A program made the translations under genes and the position numbers. A model generated the notes under the pieces. The model made no database searches and had not been told where the DNA came from. It saw nothing but the letters and a program-made list of their open reading frames with translations. This document shows, piece by piece, positions 31,500-38,031 of a DNA stretch of 38,031 bases. The first letter of the stretch is position 1; every line of letters begins with the position of its first letter. This DNA comes from Fibrobacteria bacterium (GTDB lineage: Bacteria; Fibrobacterota; Fibrobacteria; UBA11236). The stretch covers positions 1 to 38,031 of the forward strand of contig JBJHDK010000018.1 in assembly GCA_050486505.1 (NCBI GenBank), in the 5' to 3' direction.

Positions 31500-32837
31500 C
31501 TAGCCACCGAGCGCGTCGAGCTTGCGGTAGATCGTCCTCAGACTCACCCCCAGATCTTGGGCGGTTTTCGCCTTGTCTCCCTGATTGGCATCCAGGGTTC
31601 CACGCAGCACCGCCAGTTCGATTTCGGACAGGGTCATGCCGGGCTTGATGGACGCGATGGGGTTGCTGCGCATGGCCCCGCTCAGTTCGGGGGGGAGATC
31701 CTCCACCGTGATCTGGTGCCCCAGGCACAATATCACCGCGCGCTCGATCGCGTTCTCCAGTTCCCGTACGTTTCCGGGCCAGCCATAGCGTTCCATGGTG
31801 CGCAAAGCTTCCGCGCTCACGGAAAGATTCTGACGGTTGTTTTTCCGGCAGTACTTCGCGATGAAATGCAGGATCAGGTCGTGCAAATCCTCTGGACGTT
31901 CGCGCAGTGGCGGAACACTCAGCGGAATGACGTTCAACCGATAGAACAGGTCTTCCCGGAACGTTCCCGCCTCGACGAGCTTGCGCAGCGGCATGCTGGA
32001 AGAGGCAATGATGCGCACGTCGACTTTTACTGTCTCTCCGCTCAGGGGAATGATTTCTCCGGTTTGCAGAAAGTGCAGGATCCTGGATTGCACCCGCTGA
32101 GATGCTTCGCCGATTTCATCGATCAGCAGGCTGCCGCCGTTAGCGTCGACAAGCTTTCCCGTTTTGTCATGCTCCGCACCGGGAAATTCTCCCTTTTTAC
32201 AGCCGAACAACTCCGCCTCGAGTTGGCTTTCGGGAATGGCGGCGCAGTTCACCTTCACAAAAGGCTGCGCAGACCTCTTCGAATTCTGAACGATGTAGTT
32301 CGCGAGGATCTCCTTGCCTGACCCGGCCTCACCAAGAATCAGGACCGTGGCATCACTCGTCGCTGCTTGTACTGCACGGGCAAGAAGCTCCTTGAACTGC
32401 CGACTCTTGCCCGACTCAAAACTCTGGGCATTTTTTTTGAGTTTTTCCCGCAGTTCAAGGTTTTCGAGCAAGAGCGCAGCCTTCTCAAAGGCCCGGTGCA
32501 CCACTGCGGCGATCTCTTGGCGCTTGAAGGGTTTGGGAATGAAATCATAGGCACCCCGCTTCATCGCCAGAACCGCGTCGTCGATGGAGCCGTGGCCGGT
32601 AATCAGGATCACCTGGATTTCGGGGCGGAAGTCCTTGATGCGTTGCAGGATCTCAAGCCCGTCAAGTTCGGGCATCTTCAAGTCCGTGATGACGACGTGC
32701 GGCAATTGTTCCTGGATCAGCGCAAGCGCGGCGGCAGGATCGGTGGATGTCAGGATTTCGTAGCCCAGATCCCGCAAAACCCGTGAAAGCGAGTCAAGGA
32801 TGCTCTGCTCGTCGTCAAGAATGAGAAGCTTTTTCAT
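31500..32837 (-). CDS. NtrC-family response regulator (REC-AAA+-Fis HTH) with atypical GAFTGA loop
   Basis: LILDD, TDLKMP, DFIPKP receiver; GEAGSGKE, NCAAIP, DEIGE, FREDLFYRLNV, WPGNVRELEN; C-terminal AQDLGVSLRTIYRKL. Confidence 0.93.
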   Translation of the reverse strand: MKKLLILDDEQSILDSLSRVLRDLGYEILTSTDPAAALALIQEQLPHVVITDLKMPELDGLEILQRIKDFRPEIQVILITGHGSIDDAVLAMKRGAYDFIPKPFKRQEIAAVVHRAFEKAALLLENLELREKLKKNAQSFESGKSRQFKELLARAVQAATSDATVLILGEAGSGKEILANYIVQNSKRSAQPFVKVNCAAIPESQLEAELFGCKKGEFPGAEHDKTGKLVDANGGSLLIDEIGEASQRVQSRILHFLQTGEIIPLSGETVKVDVRIIASSSMPLRKLVEAGTFREDLFYRLNVIPLSVPPLRERPEDLHDLILHFIAKYCRKNNRQNLSVSAEALRTMERYGWPGNVRELENAIERAVILCLGHQITVEDLPPELSGAMRSNPIASIKPGMTLSEIELAVLRGTLDANQGDKAKTAQDLGVSLRTIYRKLDALGG

Positions 32838-33027
32838 GCCCGCTCCTGCAAGGTTGTCATGGACCGCCACCGACTTGAAGTTTTCTTTACGACTGAATCA
32901 TAGTGCCATTTTTGCAGACAGTGTGGCACAATACCCACCGAATGACTTTTTGTCAAAAGAAACTCGCACAGAACTTCGGAGGATCGCGAGTTTTTTCGAT
33001 TTTAGATGGATGACTAGCTTTCCCCGG

Positions 33028-33525
33028 ATGGCCTTCGCAAAAAAGCCAGAAGAACCGGCTCTTACCAGCACAGCGCTTCGCGAAGATTTGCAAAACCTTC
33101 TGCAAAGGCAAGGAACCAGTGACCTTGCACTTCAGGCGGTCGCCGCGTCCGTAAAGCTGGAACTCGAAGCTGACGCCGCCCTTGTCTACACTCTTGATGC
33201 CGGCACGGGCCTGCTGAAGCTTCGTTGCCACCCCGGAATCAGCACCGCTGACGCCACGGGAATCCGCTTCCACTGCATCGGGAAGGGGCTTCCGGGCCTT
33301 GCCGCAGCGAGGCAAGAGCCCATCCAAAGCGCATTCGAAACGACATCGATGACACCGGAAGAAAGGGCCGTACTGCCGGCAAACTCCCTCTTCTTTCCCC
33401 TGATCTTCGACGGGCGCATGCGCGGGGTCATTGGAGTGGCGCGCCAAGCCGACGCCCCATGGGCACCCGAGACGGTTTCCTTGCTGACAGGTGTCGCCCG
33501 TCTCATCGCCACCTACCTCAAGTAA
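33028..33525 (+). CDS. Stand-alone GAF-domain protein
   Basis: ATG 33028, 7 nt after TAGCTT; ADAALVYTLD, IGKGLPGLAA, SLFFPLIFDGRMRGVIGV, W..ETVSLL..VA are GAF hallmarks. Confidence 0.8.
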   Translation: MAFAKKPEEPALTSTALREDLQNLLQRQGTSDLALQAVAASVKLELEADAALVYTLDAGTGLLKLRCHPGISTADATGIRFHCIGKGLPGLAAARQEPIQSAFETTSMTPEERAVLPANSLFFPLIFDGRMRGVIGVARQADAPWAPETVSLLTGVARLIATYLK

Positions 33526-33529
33526 CCTG

Positions 33530-35005
33530 ATGTTTTCCATTTACGACTGGGTTGTCGTCGGCCTTTATTTCGCGGGCATGGCGGCCATTGGCGCTTATTT
33601 CTCCCGGCGCAACCGGGATTTCAAGGACTTCATGTTCGGTGGCGGCAGCATGCCGTGGCTCGCGGTCGGCATCTCCCTCATCGCGACTTCGGTGAGCGCC
33701 ACCACCTTCCTGGGCAACCCTGCCGACGCGTTCGCCAATGACATGCGCCTGCTGATGCTGGGCGGCGGTGGCTTGCTCGCGATTGCGATCGTCTGGTTCC
33801 TTTTCATCCCCCGGTTCCGTTCCAGTGGCGTCAGTTCCGCATACGAACTTCTCGAACTGCGCTTTTCCCGTCCGGTCCGCCTGCTCGCGGCGACGCTTTA
33901 CTCGCTGCACCTCGTCCTGCGAACAGGACTGTTGATTTACGTTCCGGCGCTCGTGCTTGAGCGCATCCTGGCCGTCCCCCTTTGGGCGACGATCCTCATC
34001 ATGTCGGCTGCGGCGATGCTCTACACCTATCACGGCGGCATCAAGGCCGTGACCTGGACAGACGTCGTGCAGTTCTGCGTTTTCTTTGGCGCGGGGCTCG
34101 CCGCCCTCTGGATCTGCGCCGACGCCATCGGTGGGTTCGGCGAAGCGATGCGGCTTGCCGGGGACGCGGACAAGACGCGATGGTTCAGCGCCGAATTCAA
34201 CCCTGCAAGCGATCGCACCTTGATCAGCGCCGTCGGCGCCTACCTGTTCTTCGAGCTTGCCATCCGCGGCTGCGACCAACAGTTCGTGCAGCGCTACCTC
34301 TCCTGCCGCAGCGTACGCGAAGCCAACCTGTCTTCCCTGGCTTCCGGAGTGCTCGGCATCGCGGTGGGACTGCTGTTCTTCCTCCTCGGAGCCTTTCTGT
34401 TCGTCTACTACCGAGTCGCTGAAATCGCGCCCCTCCCGGTCACGGAAATCAACCAGGTGTTCCCCCACTTCATCCTGACGACCTTGCCTGTCGGCGCGAA
34501 GGGGTTGCTGGTCGCAGCCATTTTCGCGGCCGCCATGAGCTCGCAAAGTTCTGCGCTCACGGCATTGTCCAACACGACCGTGGCCGACTTCCTGCGCGGG
34601 AGAACGGAACACGCCGATGGCGGCTTACGCTCGGCCCGCCTGTGGGTTCTGGTTTGGGGAGTCATGGGGGCCATCGCTGCATTCATCGCCAGTTTGGGGG
34701 ACATCTCCATTTTGCAGAAGGCGTTGTTCTTCACGTCCCTGTTCATCGGGCCCTTGCTCGGACTCTTCCTGCTGGCATTCTTCCGTCCGAACCTGAATCC
34801 GAGCGCCGTCTTCGCGGGCGCGATCGGGGGCATGCTCTTCCTCCTCCTGTTCCTGAACATCCCGGTGCTTCCCGAAGGAGCATGGAATCCGCCCTTCGGC
34901 GGGATTTTCTCCTGGCCCTGGAATCCCGTGCTGTCGATGACGGCGACGCTTGTCTTCGCGCACGCGCTGCATCCGGTGGCGACACGGGCAGGAGGTAGGA
35001 GGTAA
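33530..35005 (+). CDS. Sodium:solute symporter (SSS/SLC5) family transporter
   Basis: MPWLAVGISLIATSVSATTFLG, SAYELLELRF, YTYHGGIKAVTWTDVVQ, DQQFVQRYL, AAIFAAAMSS; substrate unknown. Confidence 0.93.
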   Translation: MFSIYDWVVVGLYFAGMAAIGAYFSRRNRDFKDFMFGGGSMPWLAVGISLIATSVSATTFLGNPADAFANDMRLLMLGGGGLLAIAIVWFLFIPRFRSSGVSSAYELLELRFSRPVRLLAATLYSLHLVLRTGLLIYVPALVLERILAVPLWATILIMSAAAMLYTYHGGIKAVTWTDVVQFCVFFGAGLAALWICADAIGGFGEAMRLAGDADKTRWFSAEFNPASDRTLISAVGAYLFFELAIRGCDQQFVQRYLSCRSVREANLSSLASGVLGIAVGLLFFLLGAFLFVYYRVAEIAPLPVTEINQVFPHFILTTLPVGAKGLLVAAIFAAAMSSQSSALTALSNTTVADFLRGRTEHADGGLRSARLWVLVWGVMGAIAAFIASLGDISILQKALFFTSLFIGPLLGLFLLAFFRPNLNPSAVFAGAIGGMLFLLLFLNIPVLPEGAWNPPFGGIFSWPWNPVLSMTATLVFAHALHPVATRAGGRR

Positions 35006-35141
35006 GGGGTATCAGGAATTCCGAAGGTCTGTCCGGAAGCGGCCGGAAGAACTGGCGACCGCCTCTTCCCTTCACCCGCATCGAGTGATCTCCACCCAAT
35101 ACCTCCTACCCCCTGCCTCTTGTCTGACACCCCCTACCCCA
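34988..35141. repeat. Pair of inverted heptamer arrays (GGAGGTA-like) between convergent genes
   Basis: Left 34988-35015 GCAGGAG GTAGGAG GTAAGGG GTATCAG; right 35100-35141 TACCTCC TACCCCC TGCCTCT TGTCTGA CACCCCC TACCCCA. Confidence 0.75.
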
Positions 35142-35754
35142 TCAACAACACGTTGATCAGCGCGTGCACGGATCCGATCACGAACCCGATGGCGGCCCCG
35201 ACCCAGGCAATCTCGCGAAACTCGCGATAACCAATTTGTTCGATGATGCCATTGAGTTCGGTGACGTCGAAAGCCATGATGTTGCGGCGCAGGGTTTCCT
35301 GAAGGTCGATTTTTCCCTCGAGGCTGTCGACCAAGCGTTCCGTGAAGGGACCCGCCTCCTCGGCCACCATCGCAGCCAACTGGTCACGGATGCCCTCGAG
35401 TTTTTCGGGCTTCACGAACATCTTGATCATGGGCATGGTGTCGAGGATTTCCTCGAGTTTTTCGTCCCACTTTTCCGCGAGCAACTGGCGCATGGCCCCC
35501 ACCGGATCGACCTGACGCAAAAAATTCAGGATGTCTTCACGCGTCAGGAATCGCTCGGCGATGGCGGCCGAGATGCGGTCCGCAAGCTCGGCCTGGCGAC
35601 GCGGAAGGAGGCCTTGCAGTTTGAAGCCCAGGATGTTGACGGGGCGCACCGGCTTCAGCAAAAGCTGCACGGCCATCCAATTGGTGAAGAAGCCGTGTGC
35701 CGTCGCCACGGCCATGGGAACGAGGATGAGCGGGAGGATTTGCGAGAATGTCAT
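35134..35754 (-). CDS. DUF445 family membrane-anchored protein
   Basis: GFFTNWMAVQLLLKP...LQGLLPRRQAELA and the C-terminal EFREI..VGAAIGFVIG. Confidence 0.85.
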   Translation of the reverse strand: MTFSQILPLILVPMAVATAHGFFTNWMAVQLLLKPVRPVNILGFKLQGLLPRRQAELADRISAAIAERFLTREDILNFLRQVDPVGAMRQLLAEKWDEKLEEILDTMPMIKMFVKPEKLEGIRDQLAAMVAEEAGPFTERLVDSLEGKIDLQETLRRNIMAFDVTELNGIIEQIGYREFREIAWVGAAIGFVIGSVHALINVLLMG

Positions 35755-36190
35755 GGGTCAAAGGTAGCTGCGGACCCTGATGCTCCGTGTTTCCGACAAC
35801 TCTTTACGATTCATCGCGTGAGTCCCGTTTCCATTCTTCGCATTCTTTTCTATGCTTGCCATCCAAGTCATTGTCCAAACCCGCTTTCCCAGACTTCCTC
35901 GAACGCGCAACCCGCTTCGTCGACATCCTTGGATACCGGGCGGCCGCAGGCGCAAGCCGGGGACTCAGGTTTACTTGCCTGACCCGCGACCGACGGAGAC
36001 CATGATGTGCGAGCCCCGAATCCGCAAGGTGCGGTGAAGGTGGCCCGCCAGACGCGCGGGTGGACAACGAAAACCCCACCCCCCGACTTTCTTTCGGTAT
36101 TCCGTTGCCTCCGGCTTCGGATCCGAAATCGATCAGGCCGTCCTCTGAGGACGGGTGTTTGCTTCACCGGCAACCAAAGGAATGATTGCC

Positions 36191-37705
36191 ATGCTTTTTC
36201 GTGATTTGAACCTCAATCCCACCATCCTCTCCGCCCTCGAAGCGAAGGGCTACGAAGCGCCGACGCCGATCCAGGCAGGAGCGATCCCCGCGATTCTCGA
36301 GGGACGTGACGTTTGGGGCTGCGCCCAGACCGGCACCGGCAAGACCGGTGCCTTCGCGCTTCCCATGCTGAACAATCTCGCAAGCCGTCCTTTCGTCAAG
36401 ACGAATGCGGTGCGTGCCCTCGTGCTCTCCCCCACCCGCGAGCTTGCGTTGCAGATCGCCGAGCAGTTCACCGCCTACGGGAAGGGCCTCCGCCTTCGCA
36501 ATACGGTGATCTTCGGTGGAGTGAGCGACTACGGCCAGAAGCAGAAGCTGCGGCAGGGCGTCGAGATCCTCGTCGCCACGCCGGGCCGCCTCATGGACCT
36601 CTTGAACCAGAAGGCGCTCACACTTGATCACGTGGAGATCTTCACGCTTGATGAGGCCGATCGCATGCTCGACATGGGCTTCATCCACGACGTGCGTCGC
36701 ATTTCCGCGCTGCTGCCGCAGAAGCGCCAGACCTTGCTCTTCTCTGCGACCATGCCCCCCGAGATCCGTTCCCTTGCAAAGAACCTGCTCAAGGATCCGG
36801 TCAACGTCGAAGTCAACCCGGTTTCTTCGACCGCGGCCAAGATCGAACAGTCGGTGTATCACGTGTCGCGCAACCTGAAGGCCGGCCTGTTGGGGCAGCT
36901 TCTGCAGGATGCTTCCATCCAGCGCGCCCTGGTTTTCACGCGGACGAAGCACGGTGCCGACAAGGTCGTGCACGCATTGTCGCGCACCGGAGTCATCGCC
37001 GAGGCCATCCACGGCAACAAGGCCCAAGGGGCCCGTCAGCGTGCGTTGACGAACTTCAAGACCGGGCGCACGCGCGTACTGGTTGCAACGGATATTGCTT
37101 CGCGCGGCATCGACGTTCAGGAAATCTCCCACGTCTTCAATTACGATCTTCCCGAAGTCGCGGAATCCTACGTGCACCGCATCGGCCGCACGGCACGCAA
37201 CGGCGCATCGGGGACGGCGGTCGCCTTCTGCGACCGCGAGGAGCGCGGTTACCTGAACCAGATCGAGCGGGTGACCCGCCAGCGCCTCACCGTGGTGGAA
37301 ACGCCCGAGATCGCTCCTCCCCCGCCTTTGGCCGTGGGCGAGAGCATCGAGCGCCCTGAACGAACGGAACGTTCCGGACGCGCCCCGGCACGCCCTTCGC
37401 GCGACGGAAACCGTCCTGCACGCCCCCATGGCAACCGGCCCTCCGGCGGTGGTCAGGGACGACCGCAACGCGGTGGCGAGCGTACGGAGCAAGTGACTTA
37501 TGGCAACGAGGCCTCGCGTCGCTCCCACGGTGCACACGGATCCTCGGCACAGCGTGGCCCCCGCAACGAAGGGAACCGTCACGGTGATGACCGGCGTCCT
37601 TCGCGCGAGGAGGGGCGGGGCGGGGACTACACTCCGGCCTGGAAGCGCTTCAAGTCAAAGTCGAGCGGCTGGACGCGTCCGTCCCGGGAATCTTCGCGCG
37701 GTTGA
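36191..37705 (+). CDS. DEAD-box RNA helicase, RhlE-like
   Basis: Q motif PTPIQ, AQTGTGKT, PTRELA, TPGRL, DEAD, SAT, HRIGRTAR; Arg/Gly-rich tail; AAAGGA SD (ATG 36182 is an alternative start). Confidence 0.96.
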   Translation: MLFRDLNLNPTILSALEAKGYEAPTPIQAGAIPAILEGRDVWGCAQTGTGKTGAFALPMLNNLASRPFVKTNAVRALVLSPTRELALQIAEQFTAYGKGLRLRNTVIFGGVSDYGQKQKLRQGVEILVATPGRLMDLLNQKALTLDHVEIFTLDEADRMLDMGFIHDVRRISALLPQKRQTLLFSATMPPEIRSLAKNLLKDPVNVEVNPVSSTAAKIEQSVYHVSRNLKAGLLGQLLQDASIQRALVFTRTKHGADKVVHALSRTGVIAEAIHGNKAQGARQRALTNFKTGRTRVLVATDIASRGIDVQEISHVFNYDLPEVAESYVHRIGRTARNGASGTAVAFCDREERGYLNQIERVTRQRLTVVETPEIAPPPPLAVGESIERPERTERSGRAPARPSRDGNRPARPHGNRPSGGGQGRPQRGGERTEQVTYGNEASRRSHGAHGSSAQRGPRNEGNRHGDDRRPSREEGRGGDYTPAWKRFKSKSSGWTRPSRESSRG

Positions 37706-37715
37706 CGCGAAGTTC

Positions 37716-37744
37716 TTGAAAGCCATCGCGCCATAGACTAAACT
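37716..37744 (+). promoter_or_regulatory. Sigma70-type promoter of tRNA-Asn
   Basis: TTGAAA-17 nt-TAAACT upstream of the tRNA. Confidence 0.7.
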
Positions 37745-37811
37745 TTACCCTCCATTTCGGTGAGGCTTCCCGGCTTTTACGGCGGGCCGCCTCTCCCGAA
37801 GAAGGAACCGT

Positions 37812-37886
37812 TGCCTGATAGCTCAGCGGTAGAGCAATCGGCTGTTAACCGATTGGTCGTAGGTTCGAATCCTACTCAGGCAGCCA
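37812..37886 (+). tRNA. tRNA-Asn (anticodon GTT)
   Basis: Acceptor TGCCTGA/TCAGGCA, D-arm GCTC/GAGC, anticodon arm ATCGG-CT-GTT-AA-CCGAT, GGTTCGAATCC, G plus CCA. Confidence 0.97.
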
Positions 37887-37996
37887 CCTTCTCCTCCGTA
37901 CTCCCTCGAGAATTTTCTCTCGCGTTTCGGTCATGGTTCCCGCGCTGCACAGCCTTTTCGCGTAATCGCCCGGGGCCAATACCTATCTTTGCCTGC

Positions 37997-38031
37997 ATGA
38001 CCGGTGAAGAACTGTATGCGCGCCTCAAGGA
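37997..38031 (+). CDS. 5' end of a gene running off the right edge (MTGEELYARLK...)
   Basis: ATG 7 nt after TATCTT (37984-37989); frame open to the window end. Confidence 0.55.
   Translation, partial: MTGEELYARLK

Noticed and set aside
35871..36067. 6S RNA, SRP RNA, tmRNA or RNase P RNA in the helicase upstream region
   Set aside because: The ends pair, but the interior is branched rather than a 6S-like rod, and the conserved SRP, tmRNA and RNase P motifs were not found; kept only as an unassigned structured leader.

Overview
GC-rich bacterial chromosomal window, mostly housekeeping. It holds three tRNAs (Gln-CTG, Ser-GGA, Asn-GTT), a heterodimeric ABC exporter, rpoZ-coaBC-(UDG-like)-dnaB-mlaE-mlaF, radA, tgt, gltBD, yqgE, trmB, der-plsY-merR-like-metallopeptidase, an MlaD-like gene, an NtrC-like regulator, a GAF protein with an SSS transporter, DUF445 and a DEAD-box helicase. 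Gene order and a TAnnTT(T) promoter motif suggest an FCB-group organism, possibly Fibrobacterota (inference only). The best candidate for an undescribed system is a compact operon at 13775-16215: type III polyketide synthase, a small membrane protein with a duplicated DE-x2/3-H...E-x3-H motif (possible membrane di-metal hydroxylase) and a UbiG-like O-methyltransferase, which could make a polyketide-derived methoxy-(hydro)quinone. Other signals are a -10-like box 6-7 nt before the ATG of eight genes (leaderless mRNAs), two intergenic elements of inverted heptamer arrays, a repeat-flanked DUF4160/DUF2442 cassette, a catalytically degenerate UDG-like protein, an orphan enhancer-binding protein with GEFPGA in place of GAFTGA, and a ~330-nt structured leader on the DEAD-box helicase. 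No transposase, integrase, prophage or CRISPR array was seen. All assignments come from motif reading; no searches were run.
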